From assembly GCA_051294905.1 (NCBI GenBank), contig CM119372.1, positions 16,866,001 through 16,930,000 of the forward strand: 64,000 nucleotides of DNA, written 5' to 3'. The stretch comes from Botryllus schlosseri (taxonomy: Eukaryota). Under the pieces are notes generated by a model. That model did no database searches. It had not been told where the DNA came from and saw nothing but the letters and a program-made list of their open reading frames with translations. A program made the position numbers and the translations under genes. The stretch's first letter is position 1; the number at the start of each line of letters is the position of its first letter. Shown piece by piece: positions 24,230 to 37,400 of this stretch.

Positions 24230-25387
24230 TAACGCGAGGCGAAGGTCGGCGGCGTCGGCCGTTCGTTAGCCTGGAATGTGCAATGCGCCGATCGCGCGAC
24301 GAGTTCCGGAAAGTGACAAGATGTCGACCGCATTTGTTGGCGTGTGGCGATAGGTTGTGATTGCGTCAGCCGCATTTATGCGTTTTCTATTTCTGTCTTG
24401 TTTTCTGCGTTTTGTTCGCATCGCGCGTTTTGTTATCGCGCTGGCAGCACGATTGTGGAAAGGTGCGCGTTCCCGTGATGTTAGTCGCGGGTCGGATGAC
24501 GATAATCGTTATCGCTTATCGTTACGTAAATATGGTTGATGGAGGCCGGACCTTCGAGGTATTTAATTCTATTTCGAACCTTCTAATCATCGGTCAGCAA
24601 CTCGCCAACGGTTCATACCTCTGCTGCTTACTCTACCGCTTGTGAAAATAATAATTATTATGCACTCTTGTCGCTCTCGAGTTTCCGACGTTGCCACGGA
24701 CGGACTGTTCATTCAACAAGGTTTGCAATCGAGTTACTTTTTGAATCGGTGCGATCTTTATAGCAGCTCCTGCGGAGCTTCATATCAACTAAATCGACGG
24801 AGAATGAGTTATATGCAACTCTCGGAAACTATTACTTCTATCAAAAATGAGTTCTAATCAAAGTAAAATGGCGAGTGGCCGTACATCTGGAAAGAAGTCG
24901 AAACATCAACCTATTTAGTAACAATAAGACCTTTACGTCCCCTCTGTTCTAAAAATGAATCTAACGTTGCATTGTGAACAGTCCAAGCGCGTCTATTGGA
25001 CATGATTTGAGAGGCATATCGCTCAACACACTTACAGTTTAGTTTTCCACGAGTTCGTTTTCTCTGCGGGCACAGTTTGTTCAGGCACTTTGCCTGACGA
25101 AGTAATCTATTAGTGTTGACCCTGTGTTAGTTACGTCAGATGCACGATTCATTGTGCGTGGGAATAGGCAGTTGCTTGTAGTGACGCGCGTTTATATTTG
25201 GCTGGAATGGAGTCTTGGGCCCATATCTGTATTGGGTGCCGTAACAGTCTGTTGCCATCATGATGCGAATGAATGCAGTGTTGCTTGTCTTGGCTTTGGG
25301 AGTGCATTCCGCCGGTGAGTATTGTACTGTTATACTAGTAGTTCTGAACGTTTTCAGCCTGTGCAGACGGACAGGGTTTGGAAGAAA

Positions 25388-25720
25388 ACCGACAAGATAG
25401 CGTAATGGTGAAGCGTCCGGCTTCTTGATCGGTAGGTCGTGATCCCCGGCCGGGTTAGACCAAAGACCTGATTAGTAACACTGGTATCCATGACTTCCCT
25501 GATTGGCGCTCATGCGTTACTGGGATAGCATGGAGTGGAGGGGTGGTGCATGACTTAGAAAGCCGTAAGGCTATATCTGCACTGCCTTGTCCGGCGGCGT
25601 ATGCACTCATGGTATACATAGCCTATGCACAGATCGTGCTGCATGCGTATCATGAATCGGTGTATAAATGCCGCAAAAAACATCAAGGACAAAAATATAC
25701 TACGTCCTTCTCCTTCCTTG
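25388..25720 (+). mobile_element. tRNA-derived SINE, copy A
   Basis: A box TAGCGTAATGG, B box partly deleted, core GGGTTAGACCAAAGAC...GGCGCTCA shared with copy B, CCTT-like tail. The 3' end is approximate. Confidence 0.75.
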
Positions 25721-25749
25721 CTCACCGTGAGCTTCCTGATTCTTCCCAG

Positions 25750-26015
25750 GATAGAGAGAGAGAGAGAGATATGATATTCTTTCTCGCCTGCACCATCGAG
25801 ATGCTTTGGCGACGGAGTTGCGATACGGCCCCATGAGGTCATCTAGTCTGCGCCCCCGTTTTTTTTCTCCTCCATGCTATCCGTGATTGCTGAGCGCCTA
25901 GCAGGATAGCTGCGGATACCATTTTCGAGTCTTTGGTATGACCCGGCCGGGGATCGAACCCACGACCTACCGCTCGAGAAGCCGGACGCATAACCATTAC
26001 ACTATCTTGCTCGGT
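25750..26015 (-). mobile_element. tRNA-derived SINE, copy B
   Basis: Minus strand: A box TAGTGTAATGG, B box GGTTCGATCC, core GGTCATACCAAAGACTCGAAAATGGTATCC...GGCGCTCAGCA, ending in a (TC)n tail. Confidence 0.85.
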
Positions 26016-26789
26016 AGGATAGAATTATGCGTTACACCTGTTACGCGTGTTTGCATTGAAGGTCCTGCAAGGCAAATTCCTGTCATAACCGCCTGCTCCA
26101 TTTTGACTGATTAGTTTCATTCCAAAGAGATGACTACTTTTAACGAGTTTGTTACGTGACGTAGAAGTGGAAAGTAGACCATTAACTACACGAAGTCTAA
26201 TTGCGTTCTAGAAATCTAGATCGTTTGAAATATGATGTGCTATTTTTCCAATTGATGAACAAGCCTTCAAATTAGATTTTGCTATTAAAATACATTTGGT
26301 GGGTCGGTTACACAAGTTGTCGCGGTGCAACGGCCTATCCAGGAACTTGCCTTAATTATAGATAACTAACCTACGGATAGATACGCGACACCGGTCGTCA
26401 CGCTTGCTTGCCCGAAGGAAATTACTGCTCAGCAGTCTGCACGCAACATAATTGCTAATCCCATATCTGACGACCCGCGTGCTCAAATTCAACAAAGTTG
26501 ATCTTATTTGAAAGCTACTGTCGCACTGATTCCGAAAATATACATTAAAATCTAATCAGGGCAATGGAACCCCCTTGAAATACACCTCAAAAGTCTGAAA
26601 ATCGGCAATGCGTGATCAAGTTTGATGAAGGCTTGGTTGAAAACTTGATTTTTTTTGGTATTGTTGCAACAAGCCTCGGTACTGGTCAGAGATTTAAAAA
26701 ACTTTGACCGTGGTGTAGGAAACGGTTCAGCACAGGTTTCAGAAGAGTTTATTTGCTGTTCGTCCATTTTTGAAATATTTAGTTTAGCA

Positions 26790-27102
26790 CACTGGTTCTC
26801 TAACTTTTTTTAGAAACACCCCCTTATATGACAGTAAATATTTCGTGCCCTCCTTATCGTCATAGCACACAATGAAACCAGAAAGTTAGCGATCCTTACA
26901 TATAGTTTGATGGTATGGAAGAGTATGGCTGTTGATGGGAGACTTCTAAAATACGAAATTCAGACTATACACCGAGCAACAACCATAAAACGGAGATGAA
27001 TCGGGCCAAGCGCGGAAAAGATTTTAGTTCACTGGAGCGTCGCGCCCCGTTCAGATGCTTTCACGCCGCCCAAGGGGACACGCTCCAGTTTGAGAACCAC
27101 TG
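26790..27102. mobile_element. hAT Charlie-like MITE
   Basis: TIR CACTGGTTCTC...GAGAACCACTG; TSD GTTTAGCA/GTTTAGCC. Homologs at ~31294-31603 and 43747-44217. Confidence 0.8.
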
Positions 27103-28478
27103 GTTTAGCCTATATTGTAATTCACAAAGTTTTCTGTTGCTACTGAAGTATGGGAAACAGTTTAGCGTGACTGAATTATACAGTTATAACGCAGCACGCA
27201 TAGGACGCCGATGTAAATAGGCTAATTATTACATCTGGTGACTGTTTACCAAGGCCTTAAGGCCCATCATCGTCATCCTGGTTCGTACCGGATTTTCACT
27301 GGTGCGACGAATAAATGATTGATTAAATGATTATTTTATGTTATGATTGTCAGGTTTCCATGAAAATGTAATTGAGATTGTAATTGAGAAAAATTTTGAT
27401 CAAATTAATATTACACAAAATAGAAATGCTTCAATTACAATTACATGAAAAAATGTAATAATTACATTCAGCTCAATTACAAATTACAATTGATTCAACT
27501 CTGATTCCGACACATTGTCTGATGCATCGGCCAGTCACATTTTGGTAGATCTACGTACATTCCAATAAAGTAGAAGTTTTGCGGTAGATTTATCTAGAGT
27601 AAAAATCTTCTTCATGATTCGCGCAATATGTTGTCACTAGATTTCTTGCTTTGGTACCCCTCCTGAAAATGAAGAAAAAAACGCCTGGTGTACCAGATTA
27701 AGTTTAACTATATTCGCAATTACGAGAGAAATTTTCGCCCAACATGCTACTAAGCTTGCATTTGCGCTCACAGAAAAACCGTCGACGATGAAACCTAGGC
27801 ACAAAATGATTTGACGCATTTCGGCCCAAGCTTTCGATATTTCCAGACGCCGAGTAGTCCTGTCCTTGTAAACTGAGCCCAAAATTTTCGCGCCTCACGC
27901 GGCTAGTGGTCCGCGCAATGGTTCGTTAATTGCATGTGGCCATTTGACCGAAAAGATTGGCCACCCCTGATTTTAGTTCCTATTTATTTATCCGGGCTAT
28001 TTCTCGTCGCGGGATTCCATTCCAATATACGAATCCTCGTGTAATCAACGGTATAAACTTCCCTACGTCACATATAGGCTACCAGTGCTACAAACCGGTT
28101 CTGCCACTGCTCGCTCGAGCAGTGTATCGGTGCTGCTGGATAAGATAGCAAATTGCAGTTTAAAACATGATTTCATGACCCAAAATCCCCGACTTTATTC
28201 ATGTAAATGTCGTTGCGATTCTAACTTGAGAATTCTCTTTGGTTTTCCTTTTCCTGTCAATTTTGGCTGTGGGTTTGACTCAATTTGGTAGCTTTAAATG
28301 CAAGGCTGAGCTATTTTCAGTTTTGGGTACGATAGAATTCATTTGGCATATCTTGACGGAGGGTCTGGCGTCTGCTCGGTTCATGTGACGGAGTCCTCCA
28401 GATGCTGCCTGGTGAACCGCAGAATACCTCGAGAGCCGCGATGTATTCGACTTATGAACGAATAATTACGCATTTCAG

Positions 28479-31400
28479 TGTCCGACAGTTGCCTAGGAAG
28501 ATGCCTGGACAAACTCGATACCAGCTACACTTGCCAATGCAATGATGACTGTTATCTTTATGGGGACTGTTGTGGTGATATCGAAGATCATTGTGACTTT
28601 ATGTAAGTACAAGTAGGCTGGGTCCGAGAGACGAAAAGCGTAGAATTTGAGAAACCCGGAGCTGCCTGCACTCGGTACACATTGGATAAGGGCGGGGTGG
28701 ATCCTATCCTGTCAGCTAAACTAGCTAGATTGACATCCGGATTGTTAATCGAAAATCCTGATTATGTACGTTGCGAACAGAGAAGTTATATCGTATTGCA
28801 CAAATATTAAACAATCACACGGATATCGCTCATAGTGTCCGTTATCAGGCGGTATGCTCTAACAGTTTTACTGGCTGAGTACATATACTCCGCTAAGGAC
28901 CTAATAAGGATGGAGTAAACATTGGAAAATGGGGTATATATTTTACAATAATTGCTATAAATTCGTTGCCGACCAACAGTTGTTAAATTCCTGATCAGAG
29001 GATCATCATACCCAATGGCGGAGGCAACTTACGCACAATTTAATACGATTACCATATTTTGGAATCGGGAAAGGAGGACACTTTATCAGACCGAAAACTG
29101 GCCGATTTCACTATTTTTGCAGTAAAACTTGGTGAGTTGACTAAAAAAAGTCGTCACTGTCGATCTAACCACGAATTTCCCGCTCGAACGTTCGTCTTTT
29201 CTATTTAGCGTCATTTATGCTCATTTTCACTCGAATCTCTCTAATATCGTAGCTGTAAAAGCTGTAAAGGAGGACGAATTGTCAAGAAGGGGGACATTTA
29301 TATTTAGGCGTCCTCGGTGGGCATTTTTAAAAAACTGAAAAAGGAGGACATCAGTGCGACATTAGCTTGCGATTAAGACCATACATGTCAAATTTGGATC
29401 GCCAGCTATACTATCAATTATGCTGCTTTAGCCGGCTCAGTGCCATGCGTGTCTGCGCATTCAACCGTGAGTCACGTGCGGCGCGTCTGTCCGCGGGTTG
29501 AACGCGAACATGAACACGAATTTATGACGTCATAATGTTAATTATGAACTTATTAATAGAGTAATATTTCTATAGTAATATACACGATACCTCGCGACAA
29601 CTCCGGTCACATCATTCAACAATGCTGAAGTGCATACTTTTAAGCGTCACCAAATGCATCAGCTGGAACAATCACATGCTATAATACTTCCATGAAATCA
29701 ATATCTTCCATCGCTTTGCTAACAATTACGACTTAACGGTCTCGGCTAGATAGGACAATGTATTTTTAAGATCAGAGTGATGATATTGATGATATTGATC
29801 ACAGTGAAAAACCGTTTCCCTTGCTTGTGACATAGGCTATTAACTAAGTCAAAAAAGTTATGCTGTAGAAAACATGCCAATCTGGCGGATTTAGATTTTT
29901 ATGATACATGAGCATAACAAATCAAGATAGATTTTTCACATTAAACAACGATGCATTCTTTATAACAGTTTGATTGAAGATTGGTTGATTACGCCCAATT
30001 ATAACTGACTAACCACATGCAGCGTATTTCGTTCTTGCTATTGTGCGATTGTGGATAAAGCTCACAGTAGTCACTAAATATTCGTAAACGGAAAACTGCA
30101 TATTTAATGCAAACTTCTAACAAAGAAGATAATTTTTTGAAATTGGCAAGGCACTTGCTCGTTTAGTTCTGTGTGTTCCTTTCACGCTGCCAGCGCCATG
30201 TGCATAGTGGTCCGAAGTTGAAATGCGAAGAATTTCAACCAAATATGTTATAATGACGTGAAAATTGTAATATATGGAAAAAGGTTCTCAGTGCAGAACC
30301 TACCAAGGTTCGTTTGCGAACGCGAACCTCCAACATTTCAAGGCTCACATACGTGAATCCCACATTCACACCACTATCCTAAATCCCTACCATGAAAACC
30401 GCAACAATGTGTATAGCTTGCGTCTAATTTTACGAGAAAAACGCGTTATACTTGCATAGCACAGTAAAAAGTTAGGCCTGCATACAACGCTGAAAGTCGG
30501 CCCGGGTCGTGTTCGTGCTCGAAAGGATCACTCGACTAATCAATGGCTGGTTCGGGATGCAATTTACCCCATGTGTAAGGTCGATTACACCTCTGACTGG
30601 AGGGTGATCAACGCTACGAACCTGGACTTTCGTTTGTTACTAATTTATGCGTGGTTGATCTGTACGAATTCATTCTCAGGAATACTTGCGTCGGAAGAAG
30701 CTGTGACACCTATTACCCTGGATACCCATGCCAATGCAACGACGAATGTCTGCAATACGGTAACTGCTGCAGCGATCGTTACGATATTTGGTAAGCGCAT
30801 AAGCCAAGATAAACAGATACTGAATATTACACAGGGCAACAATTTTTTTCTCCAAAAAACATGATATGTGAGATCGAACTAGGGTTATAATGGAGGCGCT
30901 GAGTCCGACAATGGCATCACTTTCACCGAATTGGCTCTATTTTTTGAGATATTGCCTCTTCCTACATATGCCATGAAAAATATTATGTCTGTGTGATACA
31001 GTATATACAGCAGGGGTGGGCAATTATTTTCCTCCGCGGGCCAAATGAGAAATAGAAAATACGTTGGCGGGCCGAGTGAAATTTTTTAGCTATATTCTCC
31101 AGCGTATTTTAATTTTAGTTCTAAATTACATTGTTAATATAAGCTGCTCAGTGAATGTGTTCAGGTCAGGTAACGAGAAGGGGACGGTAAATTTAAAAAA
31201 TATATATTTGCCGTCATGATTCGAAATAATGTTAAACATGATACATTTTAACTCTTTATACCCCTATCCACGTTCCTCTATTAAAATTCTAAAACAGAGG
31301 TTCTCAAACTTTTTTAGGCACGCCTACCTTTATGATAGTGAAAATTGCGTGCCCCTTATCATGATATTACTAAATTTAAAAAAGTGCTATAAGAATGCTA

Positions 31401-34400
31401 GCAATCCCAACGGATAGTTTGATGACATGGAAGTTTATGGCTGTTGATGAGATAATTCTTAATTATCAAAGTCGGACAATTACACAGAGCAATATAACCG
31501 TAAGCTGGGGATAAATCGCGCGAAGCGCGAAAAAAAAATTCTTAAACTTCGGCTTCGCGCCTACTACTGACGCTTTCACGCCCCCCCAGTTCGACAACCC
31601 CTGCACTGAATGGTATATGCAATAGAGTACGAAGCTTGTTTTCTTGGTCGCTGCCTTCCTAGCAGTGTGCACTGTGCTGCTTTAGTAGCCTTGATGTTGA
31701 GCGAAGCTTGCAGTATTTCTGAACTCTGCCCTCCATTGACCGAGTGCTTCGTCTTTTTTTTTATCATAAGACCGACAATAATGAAAATCTCTAATCGCGG
31801 CAACATGCTCTGCAAGCACTAGAAGGGAGGTCGTACCCCTGCCTTCAACAAACAAATATTTAGTCCTTCGAAGTCTAAACCTTCTTTGAATGTCAGTTTG
31901 CGAGTTTCTTTTTTGGCATGCTCGTTAATCCATTATGGGCGATAGATATAATGAGTCATATAGTAATCGCGAGCACTAATTGACTTGTTTCACGAATTAG
32001 GGATTTGGAAACGTATCACGTAACAATTTGAAACACATGCCTTATAACTACAGGAAAAGAGTGATTTCTTGCAACTCCAATCGCTACTCGTATTTTGCCA
32101 TAATGCCTTTATTTGGAATTTGGATTACGCATGCGAGGTAGCCTACGTATAGGCAGCGTAATCGTGGCATATTAATGAACAGGCTTCAAAGTAAACTAAT
32201 TTCCTGTTAAGTTGATACAGCCTAGGGTTTTAGTCATTCAAAAAGCATGTTTTATGTCTTCAATTCCAAGTAACACTTCGCGGGCCGCACAGAATGGCTT
32301 CGCGGGCCGCATGTGGCCCGCGGGCCGCACTTTGCCCAGGTCTGATATACAGGGTTACCATCGACACGGACCCTAAAATAAGGACAGTCGAAAATTAGAT
32401 TAGCATGAAAAAGCGTTTTTGAACATACTTTGTATTTATACGAGCCGTGGCATATCACATTCCATACCTGTCGCCAGAAACAATCGCTCAAGCAACTCGT
32501 TGTTATTAGAATGTGCTTCATGGATCTCACGACAGCTCAGGTCTAGGTTTACCTTCACTCTGGGCCGAAACAGCACTTCGTCAGCCCACACCACTTCATC
32601 AGCCCCCCCCCCCGCCCCATACGGTGATGAACCAAACCTCTTCACCTCTTTGTGATTATAGAAGCGTCAACCAAGATGAAAAAAGGCCGTACACCAAGTT
32701 TAGACAAAATCATTTTTGAGCGTATTGAGCAAGAACTCCAGTAACATGCTTGTAGTATTGGTCCTGGCCGTAGAAAACTTATTTGCGATGTTTGAATCGG
32801 GGAATATTGCTTTGAACAATTGCGACGTGCAATCCTTGGTGAGGAATCATTGCTGGTGTTTGACAGTATGGAATGCCCAGGTTCCCTCTGCAGCAGCTGC
32901 CTTGTGGTCGTTGGTGCTGATCGACTAGTGGAAAAATTATTCATCGACTGGCTCAAATTAATCATTATGACACATTTCTCGTGTTTTGGGGTATCAATGT
33001 GAGATGAAATAGCGGTGTTTTCTATGGCCTCCAGGTTAATGTCACAATTTCAGATATTGCAATGTGCGAAACACTCGCTCTTCAAGCTTCGTTGGATACC
33101 TTGGAATGCCGTTTTTTGCCTGCAATACCGTTTTTACGCCTGCTCATTTTACCTAATCAGATTTGACCTTATTAGTAGCTAAAACTATGTTCGCAAGTGG
33201 AAAATAATTTAGAAAAATTTATCAATGAGTAATAGCTTTACTACTTTTTAACCAATGTGTCGACTGCACTGCGCCTTTTTTCATTACGCAATGAATGCTG
33301 CCTTCCCCACAGCTTGAGCTTATTCTGCTGTAGACCAAATAGCAGGAACCTGGTACTGCTGTTTACTGCTAAAATGACGTCCGCCGTGGTAGCTTGGTAC
33401 AGACGAAACAACTCACTGCCCTAGCTATCTCACCACTTGGAAGTCAAATCTTATGGTGTGTACCAGAGATGAGCGGATTTGAAATTTCTATGTTCTAATC
33501 CAATCCAAATCCGAACTATCAAATCCAAATCCAAATCCGAATCCATCACTCATTCATATTCAAGTCCATGTCCAATCCTAATCCGATTCCAACTGGAAAT
33601 TCTGAAAAAATACTAATTTATGCAATGGAGGGATTCGAAAATTGTCTTGATTCACTTGATCCAAGACAACTTAGTAACCATAAGTACATTATTAACTGAT
33701 CCGAATAAAGTTTGTCGCCATTCGCCACACGACATTTTAATCTCCCAGAAAATAGGTAAATCCAATCCAAATCCTAATCCGTTCCGAAAAAAATGTCTAA
33801 TCCAAATCCAATCCAAATCCGACAAAATGTCACAAATCCTGTTTTTTCAAAACCTAATCCTAATCCATGCTCATCTCTGGTGTGTACGTGTACGTCACGA
33901 GAGTTCCTTTCCTTTATGATGTCATAACATCTCGACGCAAAACCATAATTTTAGAATATTATGCAACACAGATACCAGAGGAAATCGAAGTTCTGTAGTG
34001 GTTGAAAATAAGACAAAATAAGTACATTTCTTAGAAATAAGGACAGCTGAGTTTTCTAAGTCGTGGCCCTTCAAAATAAGGACAAATCTTAGAAATAAGG
34101 ACGGTATGGCAACCCTGGATATATAGGTGAACTCGTACTTAAGTAGATTAGTTTATATCATATCCCATCTAGTACTAACATGTGCGTTGTAGTGCACTGA
34201 TGGGCAACAGTTGGTTTTATCCTAAAAATTATCATTTGGAGACTATTTTCCGATGAAAATACGAATAAATGGGATATTTTTGTGTTCGTTATGTGGAAAT
34301 GAATAGATTTATGCAACGCAGTTTCGTTCCGCCGGTCTAATTGTGTTTTACATTTCTCACATTCTCGTGGTTTCAGTACGAACGGACCTACTAAAACATT

Positions 34401-37400
34401 TAATATAGGCTGTTAGGATAGGTTATTCCATACCGGTAGACAACGGGGACCGGATTCCAAAAGCTTTTACACTGGGTATTTGCGGCCGTTTACAAATGTT
34501 TTCCCAGCCATTGAATGCTTATAGAGTTCAGCACCGTCCTCAATATCTCTAGGAGTCTAAATACACTATCGTCAAGTATAGTTTTTAAACCATTACGATG
34601 ATTGTTTGCTTTTTTAGCAATCGTTCTGTTGTAGGCTCTGCGTAACGAATGAATGCGAAAGTCTGCTATGGTTTGTCTGTTGTATTTGCCTGAAACTATA
34701 GTAACAGCGGTGGACATCGCATGGTCAGATTTTTCACTTCAATAATGAACGTGAAATGACCTTCACTTTCCTTAATTTCTGAAGTGATCAAACTAGTCAG
34801 CGTTACTATTCATATACAAGTTGCAGTAGAAACTTCAAGAAAATGTCAAAACTACTTCAAGTAGAGGTAGAAAATGAGGACCTGAAAAGTAGCCTACTGA
34901 TGTAAGAAATTTCAAAACGTAGATTTGATCAATGGGTTGCATACTTTTAGCAGTTGATTGGAGGTAGCCACCTGGTCATGCACTGTCGAAATTTGAGGGT
35001 GCGTTATCTCGACCAACTCTAAATTACTAATATACAAATAGGCAGCCTCACCATACGATCTCCTTTAGAGGGATTTGTCCTCCTTTTTAGCCTAAAATGC
35101 TCAAATAGACCACGGAAGACTTTAAATTTTTACCTAAAGGATAGACGATGGGTTATGCGAGAGTTAAATCTAAAAAAATGACCTATTTTTAGACAACCCA
35201 AGGAAATTGGTTGTATAAATATGGTTTTCTACTGCGCTTCAGTCATTTTTGGATCCCTTGAAAAGTGTCCTTCTTTCCCAATCTCAAAATATGGTAACCC
35301 TACGTGTAGGTGAAATTATCAGAAATACATTCAATTAGCGTCATACAAGGGCTCTTCCGCCCAATCGCTATGACAGTTTCACTCATGAAAGTATCACAAG
35401 CATATCCCAACACTACTTTCTGCTATACAAATGTAGGTTTTTCAAAGTAGAAATTATGTAGTGCAAATATGTAAAACGTACTTGATCACTCGGGAAAAAG
35501 TAGACGTATGCTGTTTGTTTACTGGCCGATTCTGCTTGATTTTCACTTACCTCGAACATGCAGAGTATCAGGTGGTAGATCAAATGAAAAAATAATGAAG
35601 GAAGATATCCACTTAATCTCTTTCTCTCAATCATTCAGCGTTTCACCATTTGAAAGCTGCAGCGGGCGTTGCGATTCTAACTACGACGCGTCGCTGGCTT
35701 GCCAGTGTAATACAGAATGCCCAAATTATGGAAATTGCTGTTCCGACTTCGCAACTGTGTGCGGATCCGGTGGAACAGGTGGATCTACCACATGCAGCGG
35801 ACGATGCGATCAAGTTTATGATGCGACTCAAAGTTGTCAATGTGACGCCGACTGTAGCAACAACGGCGATTGTTGCTCAGACTACACAGATTTGTGTGGA
35901 AGCACTGCTGCGCCTTCTTGTACTGGACGATGCGGTCAAACGCACGATTCATCGCAAAGCTGCCAATGCAATGATGCATGTGTAAACTATGGGGATTGTT
36001 GCGATGACTATTCATCGGTATGTTCATCTGGTGGAACCGGAGGTACCGGTGGAACTGGGGATTGTGGTAAGAGAATCAGTAGTCAGTACGTAGGCCTACG
36101 CCATACATGTAGAAAAAGCAAATGAGATCAGTTTCTGCAACGCCTGTCTTGGGAAAAGTGGTATAGTGAATTCCATACATCATCGAAATTAGGTTATGCG
36201 TATAGTTACTGTGACGCACTTGAACACCGACAGTATCGAATCCTGAAGCAAACGAATTACAAAAGAAGTTGTTCAAATAATTGGTGACGTATATCACTCG
36301 AAACGTATCGCTCAGCATCAGCACTTGAACAATTTTGCCGCATCACAGCGTTATGAGACCACCTATATACGTACTCGATTCTTCTCCCTGTCTACAGCTC
36401 TAAATTTCTCATCACAACATATGTTATGGCATTGCGATTTTAGCCTGGATTTCATCGACGAACGCCGAGTTGGAGACCGTTTCAAGGGACATGTGGCTTC
36501 TTGACGATAATTTTGTTCCCGAATCCGAAGTTCAATACGACATACAAAGCCAGACCACGCAGTCAGCCACTAATGATGTCGCCCCCAACCCGTAAGCAGC
36601 TTATGTTTTTATTCGAAAAATTTTATATGTTACATGTGTACAAACCCTAGTTCTAAATCTGCTGCAGATTCTTTGTTTACGTCAACCAAAGCCGTTTCGA
36701 TTATGGCACTTACAAGCTGCTCCGAGACCTGCAGGATAACTACATCAGAACTCAAGGATACACCGAAGTTGTGACGGAACAAGAACTGCAAGAGAATTCT
36801 GATTTCCTCGATGCCGTGTTGTCGACATCCGTCGGACAGAAACTGTACGAATATCTGGACAGCAAAAGTAAAATATGATCTTTGGCATTAAGTATCTTGG
36901 ATTAATGTAACGATGATATCGAATCAACTAGACCTGGCCGGCTGCAGCGGGATCGAAGGATTCAAGGTGATTCTGAACGATATCTGGTTCGGGATGTATG
37001 ACCGTAAAGCCCCGGATGATACAAGCGGGTATTTTATGCATAATATATTTCCAAATAAGCGATTCGTGCGAGAATATGTGTGTCTGTTGCGCCTGCAAGT
37101 TCAAGAACACAAAATGCACCGTTGGTCACTTTGCGCAATGGAGTAGCACACCACGGATCAGAATCACAAAAATTGCAACTATCAACATCATACGTACTGT
37201 GTTTGACAACCCCACAAGATCTTTATGCCTATCGCTTCCATGTCAAGTTTATTGAATAATCATATTAATACTTATGGCGTCAAATCCAACCGGTGCCATG
37301 TACGCTAATGTGGTCAATTCATGTCAGATTGGGATCAACTGATTTTATTTGGGACTCTACAACACTAACTTACCTCTGTCATGGAAGATTTCATGATAGT

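Noticed and set aside
25940..26015. Possible tRNA gene (A and B boxes)
   Set aside because: No proper acceptor stem, and it continues into a SINE core shared with a second copy.
28321..28442. Open frame as an extra EndoU paralog 1 exon
   Set aside because: It would need flanking introns of 33 and 36 nt, shorter than any other intron here (minimum ~55 nt), and shows no similarity to the paralogs.
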